Shown: positions 22,239-31,498, counted from the first letter of the stretch. The stretch: DNA of 64,000 bases from an uncultured Collinsella sp. (GCA_902388345.1 CABMOY010000001.1:9357-73356); one strand, 5' to 3'. Numbers and translations: made by a program. Notes: generated by a model not told the origin, from the sequence alone.

Positions 22239-23363
22239 ATGAGAGAGTTCCTTAAGGACGTGTGGATGCACGGCGGTGAGGAAAGCCGCGCCATCACCCC
22301 CGAGAACATCACGGGCGAGAAGGGCCGTGCCGCCATGTCGGCCAGCCACCTCGGCGTCGGCCGCAAGGGCTCGTGCTGCGTGCCCCTTGAGTCCGGCGAG
22401 ACCATCACGCTCGCGGACATCGAGGGCCCCGGCATCATCCGCCACATCTGGATGACCGTCCCCGACAAGACCGCCGCCGGCAGCTTCGTCATGCGCGACC
22501 TCGTGCTGCGCTTCTACTGGGACGACGAGGAGACCCCCTCGGTCGAGTGCCCTGTCGGCGACTTCTTCTGCAACGGCTTCGGTGAGCGCGCCATCGTCAA
22601 CTCGATGCCCATCTGCGTGAACCCGACGGGCGGCATGAACTGCTACTTCGAGATGCCTTTCAGGAAGCACGCCAAGGTCACGCTTACGAGCGAGCACCCC
22701 GGGTTCATTAAGTACATCTTCTACACGTTCAACTACGCGCTCACCGACGTGCCGGACGACGCCATGTACTTCCACGCCCGTTTTAACCGCGAGCGCAGCA
22801 CCAGCAGGGGCGTCGACTACACCGTGCTCGACGGCGTGCGCGGTAAGGGCTACTACGTCGGCACCTACATGGCCCTGTGCGCCCTGGAGCGCTATTGGTG
22901 GGGCGAGGGCGAGATGAAGTTCTTCCTCGACGGCGACGAGGAGTTCCCCACGGTCACCTCGACGGGAGCCGAGGACTACTTCGGCGGTGCCTGGGCCTTC
23001 CTCGACAGGCCGCCCCACGCGCTGCCCGAGGCGCAGTGCTTCAACACGCTGTTCGCCGGCTACCCGTACCGCTCGACGCGCGACGCCACGCGCGACCGCT
23101 TCAGCGCGGGCAAGCCGAACCCGAACCCGATGCTCGCGACCAACGACGACGCGCTGCCCAGGCATGGCCTCTACAGGTGGCACCTTCCCGACCCGATCTC
23201 GTTCAAGGAGGACCTGCGCGTGACGTTCCAGGACCTCGGCAACGACGACATCAAGCTCTACGAGCGCGAGGACGACATCTCCACCGTCGCCTACTGGTAC
23301 CAAAGCGAGCCGCACGCCGTGCTCGCCCCGTTTGCCGCAAGGCAGGACCGCGTGCCCAGGTAG
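22239..23363 (+). CDS. DUF2961/GH172-family glycoside hydrolase (difructose-dianhydride or fructo/arabinofuranosidase-type)
   Basis: 374-aa protein. My recognition of the DUF2961 fold from conserved blocks (IRHIWMT, FFCNGFGE, GEGEMKFFLDGDEEFPT, YRWHLPDPI). Operon position suggests an intracellular sugar hydrolase. Confidence 0.7.
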   Translation: MREFLKDVWMHGGEESRAITPENITGEKGRAAMSASHLGVGRKGSCCVPLESGETITLADIEGPGIIRHIWMTVPDKTAAGSFVMRDLVLRFYWDDEETPSVECPVGDFFCNGFGERAIVNSMPICVNPTGGMNCYFEMPFRKHAKVTLTSEHPGFIKYIFYTFNYALTDVPDDAMYFHARFNRERSTSRGVDYTVLDGVRGKGYYVGTYMALCALERYWWGEGEMKFFLDGDEEFPTVTSTGAEDYFGGAWAFLDRPPHALPEAQCFNTLFAGYPYRSTRDATRDRFSAGKPNPNPMLATNDDALPRHGLYRWHLPDPISFKEDLRVTFQDLGNDDIKLYEREDDISTVAYWYQSEPHAVLAPFAARQDRVPR

Positions 23364-23442
23364 GGTCGCCTCGAAACAAGCCAACGTTATGGGCGCCCGC
23401 GGTTGACCATGACTGCGGGCGTCCCTTTGTAAGGAGGATCAC

Positions 23443-24327
23443 ATGAGCGAAAAGCAAATGAGGCTCGGCGCGCTCGAGGCCGGCGGGACCAAGATGGTCT
23501 GTGCCGTGGTGTCCGGCGACGGCGAGGTCCTCGACCGTATGGAGACCCCGACGCTTATGCCCGCCGAGACCGTCCCACAAATGGTCGAGTGGTTCACCGC
23601 CCGTGATGTGAACGCGTTGGGCATCGGCGCCTTCGGCCCGACCTGCGTCGACCCCAACGATGAGCGCTACGGTTCCATCCTTCAGACGCCCAAGCTCGCG
23701 TGGCGAGGCTATGGTCTTCGCGCCGCGTTCGCCGACGCCCTCGGGATTCCGGTGGCCTACGACACGGACGTGAACGTTGCCTGCCTCGGCGAAGTAGTCT
23801 TCGGCTGCTGCAAGGGGCTCGAGGACGCCGTCTACGTGACCATCGGCACCGGCGTGGGCGCGGGCGTCATGTGCGCGGGCAGGCTCCTTCACGGCATGCT
23901 GCACCCCGAGGCCGGCCACATGCTGGTAAGGACCCGTCCCACCGAGGAGGGACGCTGCGTCTGCCCGAGCCACGCGAGCTGTCTCGAGGGCCTCGCCTCC
24001 GGCCCCGCCATCGCCGCGCGCTGGGGAAAGCCCGCGGCCGAGCTCGCGGACAACGCTGAGGTGTGGGCGCTCGAGGGGGATTATCTGGGGCAGATGTGCG
24101 CGAACCTCGTGCTCATGTACTCGCCTCGCCGTATCGTCCTCGGCGGCGGCGTGATGCACCAGGAGCAGCTCTACGGCATCGTCCGCAAGAAGACCCTCGA
24201 ATATCTGGGTGGCTACATCCAGACCGCCGAGCTTAAGGACATAGAGAGCTACATCTGCGCCCCGGGCTGCGGCGGCGACCAAGGAATCCTTGGCGCGGCC
24301 GAGCTGGCAAGAAGGGCGCTCGCGTAA
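23443..24327 (+). CDS. ROK-family sugar kinase (putative fructokinase)
   Basis: N-terminal ALEAGGTKMVCAVV ATP-binding motif. ROK Cys/His zinc motif CVCPSHASCLEG. Confidence 0.8.
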   Translation: MSEKQMRLGALEAGGTKMVCAVVSGDGEVLDRMETPTLMPAETVPQMVEWFTARDVNALGIGAFGPTCVDPNDERYGSILQTPKLAWRGYGLRAAFADALGIPVAYDTDVNVACLGEVVFGCCKGLEDAVYVTIGTGVGAGVMCAGRLLHGMLHPEAGHMLVRTRPTEEGRCVCPSHASCLEGLASGPAIAARWGKPAAELADNAEVWALEGDYLGQMCANLVLMYSPRRIVLGGGVMHQEQLYGIVRKKTLEYLGGYIQTAELKDIESYICAPGCGGDQGILGAAELARRALA

Positions 24328-24360
24328 CTTGCGCTCTCTCCGCCATACAACGCGTTAAGA

Positions 24361-24412
24361 AAAGACGAGCGCTTCTTGCCAATTGGGCGGCAAGAAGTGC
24401 TCGTCTTTTGCA
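24361..24412 (+). terminator. Rho-independent terminator closing the man-PTS/GH172/ROK operon
   Basis: aaaagacgagcgcttcttgcc...ggcaagaagtgctcgtctttt hairpin followed by ttttgcattttc. Confidence 0.65.
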
Positions 24413-24422
24413 TTTTCGCCTC

Positions 24423-25254
24423 TCAAAATCTTATTTTCACGATTTGCATTTTCATCCCGTTGTCACCGACCCTTGCGAGAAACCGGAAAAAGCCGCTGAC
24501 GGAAGGGTCTCTCAAATCGTTGTAACCCAGCATATAGCCGCGACTTGTGACCTGCAGACGGCTGTCCCACGCGCCGATTTCCTTGGCGGCATCCGAAACC
24601 GCAAAATATGCCCCAACATCCTTGATTTTTGCAGTCTTAAGCCATGTTTTTGCGATCATCTTTACTGCCGTCCGATTGGCAGCATCAAAGATCAGCACAC
24701 CGCCGGGGAAAGCGTCCGCCATCTCCCGCACCAGTTCCCGGACCTGCTGGGTCAGAAAGTAATAGAACACCCCGGAGGCAAAGAACACCGCCCCGCCGGA
24801 GGCATCGATTTTGCCAAACCATGCGGTGTCTTTCAGATCGCAGGGGATATTTTGTTCTCGATCCTCGGCGGGCAGCAGCTGCTGCCGCAAGGCAATCACA
24901 TCCGGGAAGTCCAGATTGTAGATCTTGCATCTACCGTTGTCGCAGGTTCTGCCGGTGTTGTCCAGCCCACAGCCCAGATTGACCACCGCCGCATTGGGGT
25001 GGCCTTTCAGGTAATCCCGCACCTCGAAAGCAAGATCACCCTGCCGCATGGCCACCTCCAGCGCACCAAAGCGCTGCATCAGGCTGCGGGAGTTTTTCTC
25101 TGCCTCTGAAAAGTCGTAGTCGATCTGGTCGAGCAGGCGAACCGCTGTTTCATCCCTGTAAAGGTTCGGGTACAGCTCCGTACACAGCTTCCGGGAATAC
25201 AGCGGGAGGATCAGCGTCTCCTGCACGGTGTTTTTCTCAATTTTACATTTCATA
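24423..25254 (-). CDS. Class I SAM-dependent O-methyltransferase (TcmP/leucine-carboxyl-methyltransferase-like)
   Basis: Internal ATG (MKCKIEKN) at about 25254 starts a 277-aa product with the VNLGCGLD SAM motif. Visibly lower GC than the flanks. Confidence 0.65.
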
Positions 25255-25319
25255 GGTTTCTTCCTCAGTGAATAAGAACTGTCATAATTGCCGCCAGCAC
25301 AGCCGCTATGACCGTCATG

Positions 25320-25685
25320 CCTATCGCCATGTGCAGGATGGATGCAAAAATGCCCGCATGGCGTTCTCAAACGCCATATCCGCCACACTGCCTTGCAGAA
25401 CGGCGCAACGCCCCTCCTGAATTGCAGTTCGGTTGAGCTTTCTTGCCTTCTCCACGCTGACGGGCGAATAGTCGATGCCCTTGACGACGCCATGCGGGCA
25501 TTTTTCAGCAGTCGTTTTATGTTTGCCCCGCCGCCGCAGCCGCAATCTAGCACCTTGGCGTTTGGCGCAAGTCGTAGAAATCGAAGTCCCCACCGCGCCA
25601 CAGGGCCGTGGCCCAGATTCATCATGGCAACCATAAGTTTTCCGCCGAGGCCCACGGGCTTGCGGGTGTTTTCAAAGAACGACAT
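25320..25685 (-). pseudogene. Frameshifted class I SAM methyltransferase (Methyltransf_11-like)
   Basis: N-terminal SAM motif VLDCGCGGGANIKRLL in the frame that starts at 25685. The continuation (GIDYSPVSVEKARKLN...VLQGSVADMAFENA) is in a different frame (ORF 25321..25593). A frameshift is therefore required. Confidence 0.55.
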
Positions 25686-26352
25686 CTGGCCCCTCCGATT
25701 TCGTGCATTCCGTATAGGTCAACTGGAACGAGGCCTTCAGCACCGCGCTTTTCTGCACCGCCCAGCCGTTTTGACGCAGGAAACGCAGGTATTCCTCGCT
25801 TGTCCACCTGCTGTGGAGGGGGAATCCCGCCATGCTCATGAAAAGGGCTTTTGCTTTGCCGGAAACCGAGTTCCCCGCGTGGGTGAAGGTTGGCGCGATG
25901 AGCACGCCGTCGTCCTTCAGCACCCGCCTGATTTCTTGCAGGGCCTTTTCCGGATGCGGCACTATGTGAAGCGCGTTGGACACGATCACCACTTCGAAGG
26001 ACTTCTGTGCATAGGGCAGGCGGAACATATCTTGTACGGAAAAGTGCAGCTTTGCGGATTGATTGTCCCGTTTTGCTTCAAGGATCATCTTTGCAGAAGC
26101 GTCCGTAGCCTCGATGTGCGCCGCCGCATTCACGATGCTCTTTGCGATAAGCCCCGTGCCGGTGGCAACCTCCAGCACGGTTTTTGCTTTCACCACCGGC
26201 CGGATCAGCCCATACATCTTCTCATACGCCGCCCGGTCGTTTCGCATGAAGCGGTCGTACCGACCGGCATTCTTGTCCCAGAAGTCCTTGCGTTCGTGCA
26301 TGGCTATCGCCCCCAAAAAGTTAGAGCCATCTAACCATAACACACGAATCAT
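25672..26352 (-). CDS. Class I SAM-dependent methyltransferase (UbiE/Methyltransf_11-like)
   Basis: VLEVATGTGLIA motif I, DASAKMI post-I, VVIVSNALHIV motif. Confidence 0.75.
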   Translation of the reverse strand: MIRVLWLDGSNFLGAIAMHERKDFWDKNAGRYDRFMRNDRAAYEKMYGLIRPVVKAKTVLEVATGTGLIAKSIVNAAAHIEATDASAKMILEAKRDNQSAKLHFSVQDMFRLPYAQKSFEVVIVSNALHIVPHPEKALQEIRRVLKDDGVLIAPTFTHAGNSVSGKAKALFMSMAGFPLHSRWTSEEYLRFLRQNGWAVQKSAVLKASFQLTYTECTKSEGPDVVL

Positions 26353-26864
26353 GCAGTAAGATAAGGCTAACTTTATTTTCTTGGCTAAGACGCATCTCTT
26401 CTGTTTTCGCTTATAGCGGCGCGAGTCGGATACTAGGCTGGAGCGGAAGAAGGAGCTTGGCGGACAGGTAGGTCGATACCGGTTCCCGGAACGGTGATCC
26501 AGCCAATTACACCAGGGCTCGAGTCATTGAGTGGGAATAGAAAATTCCTTAGTTATGGGGGTATAAATTTGATTCCCTTTAGGATAAACCCCCATGACTA
26601 TATGAATTGACCTGCTGACTTCAATGAAGATTGGAGGGTAACGGTCAGGGGTGACGGCCCAGCGAGTGTTATTTTGCGAGCTATGCGCATTGAAAGCGAC
26701 CTTTCGTGGTATAAACTACTTGCCGGAAGCCGCGGCTTTCAGAGTACGGCTTACGTGTACGTTTAACCTCCGTGGGCGACGGGGTGCCGCAAGGCGTAGA
26801 ATATCGCCCACCTGTAGGGGCCTGCAGCGATGTGGGCCCCGCTTCGTATGAAGGGGGCGAACCG

Positions 26865-27314
26865 ATGAAGATCGTATCCATCTCCCAGGACTTCTTCGAC
26901 CTCGTCGAGGGCGACCGCGAACTCATGCTTAAGCACAATCGCCCCTGCATCGTGGTAGTGAGGCTGCGTTTCCGCGGGAAGCGCAGGGACTTCGCCGTGC
27001 CGCTGCGTTCCAACATCGCCCCTAACGTGCCCAAAAACCAGTACTTTGCGTTGCCACCCCGCCCCACGACGCGCCCCGGCTGCCGCCACGGCATCCACTA
27101 CATCAAGATGTTCCCCATAACCAAGGCCTACCAGCGCCGCTTCAGGACCGAGGGCTCGACCTACTACGAGACGCTCCAGCGCATTATCGACGGCAACACC
27201 AAGCGCATTGTCTCCGAGTGCCAGGCATACCTCGACCGCTACGAGCGCGAGGGAAGGCCTCGCTTTGCCGTCGACATCGACCGCATCGTGGGGCTGCTGG
27301 AGGGCGAGAAGTAG
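26865..27314 (+). CDS. ToxN/AbiQ-family endoribonuclease-like protein (candidate type III toxin or abortive-infection protein)
   Basis: 150-aa product from the internal ATG (MKIVSISQDFFDLVEG...). Block-wise resemblance to ToxN: ISSKYIEYL versus SISQDFFDL, KYLAPLTSPK versus DFAVPLRSNI, LINLKFMIPI versus IHYIKMFPI. Preceded by a 520-bp non-coding structured region. Confidence 0.5.
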   Translation: MKIVSISQDFFDLVEGDRELMLKHNRPCIVVVRLRFRGKRRDFAVPLRSNIAPNVPKNQYFALPPRPTTRPGCRHGIHYIKMFPITKAYQRRFRTEGSTYYETLQRIIDGNTKRIVSECQAYLDRYEREGRPRFAVDIDRIVGLLEGEK

Positions 27315-27439
27315 GGCACCTCGGCTCAGTCTCGAGTCATGCGGAGCCGCTCCGCATTTTTGAACGCCGCGTGTGCGTCCCAAATACTTGAGAAATAAGC
27401 TGTGAAATGCAGTGGCGCGCCCGTGCCCGTGCATAGCCG

Positions 27440-27793
27440 TCGCCATCAGCGTCTACGGTGCGCTACGACATCACGGGCAAACCGCCTGACAAGCCGAGCA
27501 TCCTGATCGTTCCGTCTATGAGCTACGTTGCCGTGCGGGGCAAGGGCGATCCCAATGCCGAAGGCGGCACGTAGCAGAACGCGTTGCCCATGCTCTACGG
27601 CGTTGCCTATACCATAAAGATGTCGAAGAAGGACCTGCGGGAAATCGAAGGCTATTTCGACTTCGTCGTGCCGCCGCTCGAGGGCTTCTGGTGGCAAGAC
27701 CGCGCCGATGGCGAGATCGATTACACGAGGAAAGACGACTTCAACTTTATCTCGTGCATCCGCCTGCCCGATTTCGTCACTTGCGATAGTTAG
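27440..27793 (+). pseudogene. GyrI-like small-molecule-binding domain remnant with an in-frame TAG
   Basis: Reading from about 27446 gives RYDITGKPPDKPSILIVPSMSYVAVRGKGDPNAEGGT*QNALPMLYGVAYTIKMSKKDLREIEGYFDFVVPPLEGFWWQDRADGEIDY. That is a GyrI-like fold interrupted by a stop at about 27571. Confidence 0.5.
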
Positions 27794-28138
27794 TGGTCGG
27801 GGACGTTCTTTAACGACTAGTCATTTAAGAACGATCCCAATGACTATGCTGCTTGCCTTCGTTATCTGACGACCTGGACGGCAAGTGCGCTCAACTGGAT
27901 AAGAAAAAGCCGGGGAAAACGTCCCTGGCACTTGGAAGCCTTGCTTGCGGAAAACCAATTATTTTTAAATCATGGGCTGTGCGAAAAGGCAAGTACATGA
28001 AACGATCGCTCCAATGGCGAAGTCCCAGCCTGCGCGCCAGCCCATAGGCAAGCCACCTGAGACCACTCACTTTGCTCACCGCTGACGAAGACTTGCGACC
28101 TGGGGTTTGCGAGCTGCTCGCAGAACCCAGGTCGCATA

Positions 28139-28699
28139 TCAAGCTTTAGACTGACTCAGCCAATCACTTCTCGTCAGGCAAGTGATCTGTTCTGTACGGA
28201 TGTCGTCCATCAGCTCACAGCAGACGTCCTTACGGGTGTGGTGCCAAATAAAGCCGCATTTTTCCTGAACGCGTTTCGATTTCTCGTTCCCGTCGAAGTA
28301 TCCGCACCAGATTTTGTCCAGTTTCAAGTCCTCGAAACCATGGCGGACGAGCTCTCGAACCGCCTCCGGTATCAGCCCCTTGCCCCAGAACGGGACGCCG
28401 ATCCAGTAGCCTATTTCTCCCTCAGTGTCCGGAATCTCCTTGTCGGACCGCGCGCCAATCATCAACCCTATGCTTCCGATGGCCCTGTTGTCTTCCTTCA
28501 GGCAAACGGCGTACGTCTCCGGCGCGGAAAACACGGTGCGGATGATTTCGGCGCTGTCGTCAACGCTCGAGTGAGGCGGCCAGCCGGCAATCGGCCCCAC
28601 CCTGTCGTCCTTCGCGTATCTGTACAGGTCCTCTGCGTCCGTTTCGGCCCATGGGCGCAGTATCAGCCGCCCGGTTGCCAGTTGTATATCCATCTCCAT
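28139..28699 (-). CDS. GNAT-family N-acetyltransferase (RimJ/RimL-like)
   Basis: Acetyl-CoA binding region GYWIGVPFWGKGLIPEAVRELVRHGF. Confidence 0.8.
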   Translation of the reverse strand: MEMDIQLATGRLILRPWAETDAEDLYRYAKDDRVGPIAGWPPHSSVDDSAEIIRTVFSAPETYAVCLKEDNRAIGSIGLMIGARSDKEIPDTEGEIGYWIGVPFWGKGLIPEAVRELVRHGFEDLKLDKIWCGYFDGNEKSKRVQEKCGFIWHHTRKDVCCELMDDIRTEQITCLTRSDWLSQSKA

Positions 28700-28895
28700 C
28701 GACTACTTTCGATTGATGCTCAGTGCCCATTGTATTCGCTACGATTAAACTCGGCACAGGGGATACTGGTTTTCCGTGCGAAAACGCTCATGCCGCTAAA
28801 TTGAGCGACCGCCTGTACTGCAGCGGGATCATCCGCCCGAGCGATCCCTTAATCCGTCGCCCGTTGCGCCAATCGGCAGAAGCCACGCGTGGACG

Positions 28896-29838
28896 CTAAT
28901 CGCTCGAGCGAATCGTCGTCGGTTTCCGTTTAAGATTTCTTTTTCCGCTATTATCCGACCCTCGGACTTCCTCGTGATAGAAGTAGTCCACGATCACCGG
29001 ATGCCCCTGGGGGACTCTGCCATAAGGCATTTCGTTGTCCACAAAGGGGCAATCGTACTTCTTGGCCATTTCCTCGGCTTTTACTTCAAGCGCTTCAAAA
29101 TAGCTACGGTTGCGCTTGTTATAGATCTCATCGTAAAGCGGTACGAGATCGGGATGTTTCTTGGCGATATAATCCAGGATCGCTTTTTTGAAACCACCCC
29201 GAAGATTGAGATTTTCGAGCCAAAACAAATCGCACCGATCCTTTACTCGCTCAAAAATCATCTCAAAATCCGTGATGCCGGGAAATACCGGGGACACGAA
29301 GCAGACCGTACGGATACCTTCGTCATACACCTGCTTCATAGCAGCGATACGACGCTCGATGCTCGACGCGGAGTCCATATCGTTCTTGAAGTTCTCATCC
29401 AGCGTGTTGATCGACCATGAAACGGTCACTCGTCCAAGCTTCTTCAGCAGATCGATATCCCGTACCACAAGATCGGACTTTGTGCAGATCAGAATATCTG
29501 CATCGCTGCCAATCAGCTGCTCCAGGAGTTTCCTGGTATTCCCGAATCGCTCCTCCTGTGGATTGTAGCCATCCGTCACAGAACCGATAACCACCCGCTG
29601 TCCAGCGTATTTCTTCGGATTCTTGATTTCCGGCCAATGCTTCACATCAAGAAAGGTGCCCCATTCCTCCTTGTGTCCGGTAAAGCGCTTCATAAAGGAG
29701 GCATAGCAATACTTGCAGGCATGCGTGCAGCCTACATAGGGATTGACCGAGTAGCCGCCCACCGGCAGGCTGGACTTGGTCATGATGTTCTTTGCTTCCA
29801 CCTCATTGATGAGGATTCCATCGATCACTTCCGCCATG
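28896..29838 (-). CDS. Radical-SAM protein of the spore-photoproduct-lyase/SplB-like (COG1533) family
   Basis: CTHACKYCYA (Cx3Cx2C) cluster motif near the N-terminus. Start taken at MAEVIDG (about 29838). It overlaps the upstream gene by 14 nt. Confidence 0.8.
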
Positions 29839-30514
29839 TTCTCTGCACCTCCAGCACTCTTTCGAATTCTTCCGGCAATTCCTGAATCATGTTTTCGTCC
29901 CCTATGACAGAGACGAGGTCTTCCTTCATAAACATTGGAATGCCAAGCGCGTGCGCCTGGTCCGTCAAAGACCATGCCCACTCCGGTTCCGTATGAACCT
30001 TCCTGCTCTGCGCCCCGGTCATGGTACCGACGACGATCCAGTTGATTCCGGAAAGGTCGACCGTACCGGGATCGTCGAATAGCGGCTCAAAAGTAACGAA
30101 GAAGTGATTTGCTTTGACGTTTTTCCGAAGGGCGTCGATACGCCACAGCTCCGCTTTCCTCGTCACCGTAACGCCGAACCATGCGTTTTCCAGGTCGGTA
30201 TCTAAATCCAGCAAATCGGGTCTCTTGGTCAGGAACAGGAACTGATGCTGTGGATTCTCATGGATCTTTGCAAATACCTCGTCTCGCCATTCCAGCTTCC
30301 ACCCGGAGAGATCGCTCATGCCGGTAAGGAGAAAGTTCTGCGGGCGTTTCTTTTCCATCATCTTGAGCTTGCTCGGGAAGAACGCAGGATCAGCGAAGTC
30401 GTCAATCATATGCCAACGTTTCACATTGTTACGGGCATAGCAATATGGACACCCCACCGTGCAGCCGATGACGATATTCATATTCTGAATCTGATTTTTG
30501 ATGCAGATGCTCAT
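29825..30514 (-). CDS. Phage Gp37/Gp68-like (DUF5131) radical-SAM-type protein
   Basis: IGCTVGCPYCYA Cx3Cx2C motif. Family recognised from the overall pattern. Its ATG overlaps the stop of the upstream sirtuin fragment (ATGA at 30511-30514). Confidence 0.6.
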   Translation of the reverse strand: MSICIKNQIQNMNIVIGCTVGCPYCYARNNVKRWHMIDDFADPAFFPSKLKMMEKKRPQNFLLTGMSDLSGWKLEWRDEVFAKIHENPQHQFLFLTKRPDLLDLDTDLENAWFGVTVTRKAELWRIDALRKNVKANHFFVTFEPLFDDPGTVDLSGINWIVVGTMTGAQSRKVHTEPEWAWSLTDQAHALGIPMFMKEDLVSVIGDENMIQELPEEFERVLEVQRTWRK

Positions 30515-30711
30515 AACGCCTGCCTACCTGCCTCTCCCGTAAACACGCAATCAGCCTCCCCCACCTTGCGGGCAAAAGCCTCGATATCTTGCTTGCAAGC
30601 AGCAGGCTCGCAATCGCTCAAATCGTATGACGTGCCGCCGTTTCGATAGACGGCCCGATGGGAAAACGATCGGCTGACAAGCCCGATGCCGAGCTTCTCG
30701 CACAGGGTCAT
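30511..30711 (-). pseudogene. 5' fragment (66 codons) of a sirtuin-like gene, paralogous to the N-terminus of the 33037..34008 gene
   Basis: MTLCEKLGIGLVSRSFSHRAVYRNGGTSYDLSD... aligns with MTLYEQLVIELTNQSFSLQAAYRSGGTPYELSD.... The similarity ends at about codon 57, and a stop follows. Confidence 0.6.
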
Positions 30712-30854
30712 CCGTGCTCCCTTTCAGCTATAAAAAACAGGTGTCTATAAACAGTATCCTTGTTGATTTTCGCAGGGGCAATGAACAAACGCGTGCACCT
30801 GTCGATAAACGAACAGCTACTGGACATTGTCAAACGACTCAGATTGGAGAGGCG

Positions 30855-31415
30855 ATGGGAGAAACCAAGATCGACCGCCGGCTGCGCTACACCCTCTCGG
30901 TCATACAGGAGGCGTTCTTCGCGCTGCTGGCCAAGGTCGGCTTCGCGAAGATGACGGTGGCGGACATCTGCCGCCGCGCCGAGATCAACCGGGGAACGTT
31001 CTATCTGCATTACGAGGATAAGTACGCGCTGCTCGATGCGCTTATCGACGAGGCATTGGCAGCGGCTCCCCCGCTTGAGGGGGTTGAATCGGCAACGCTT
31101 TGCCAGTGTCCGCCGGCAGACGACGATTATCGCCTGCTTTATTCGGACGGCGACGCATACGCTCGCGTAGCCCAGCGCGTCATAGAACGCGGAGCGGAGC
31201 AGATGGTTCCCTGGGTCATGGAGAAAACAGGGCTTTCACGCGAAGACGCCTTCCTGCTCTTCGTCCACAACGTCCAGGGCAATCTGGTCGTCAACCGCCT
31301 GCTCGGCTGGAGACGAGGCCCCGAGTTCGCCCATGCCCAGGAGCTGCTCAACGCCTATTCCGAAGGGGGCTTACTGGCGGTATCCGCTCTTCGCGATTCC
31401 GATAACCCATCGTGA
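30855..31415 (+). CDS. TetR/AcrR-family transcriptional regulator (copy 1)
   Basis: HTH region GFAKMTVADICRRAEINRGTFYLHYEDK. ATG at 30855 with a GGAGAGG RBS. The sequence upstream of that ATG within ORF 30714.. is intergenic. Confidence 0.8.
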   Translation: MGETKIDRRLRYTLSVIQEAFFALLAKVGFAKMTVADICRRAEINRGTFYLHYEDKYALLDALIDEALAAAPPLEGVESATLCQCPPADDDYRLLYSDGDAYARVAQRVIERGAEQMVPWVMEKTGLSREDAFLLFVHNVQGNLVVNRLLGWRRGPEFAHAQELLNAYSEGGLLAVSALRDSDNPS

Positions 31416-31498
31416 CCTGCGATTCAGGAATACCAGCCTCCGAGCCCTCTCGTTCGGAGGCTGTGGCTAAAACCTCATTGCGCGTCTACCGCTCCGCG

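Noticed and set aside
26340-26864. Tandem 30-40-nt repeats expected for a type III antitoxin RNA
   Set aside because: Looked for, but not found by eye. Only short hairpins were seen. I kept this as an open question and did not call an ncRNA feature.
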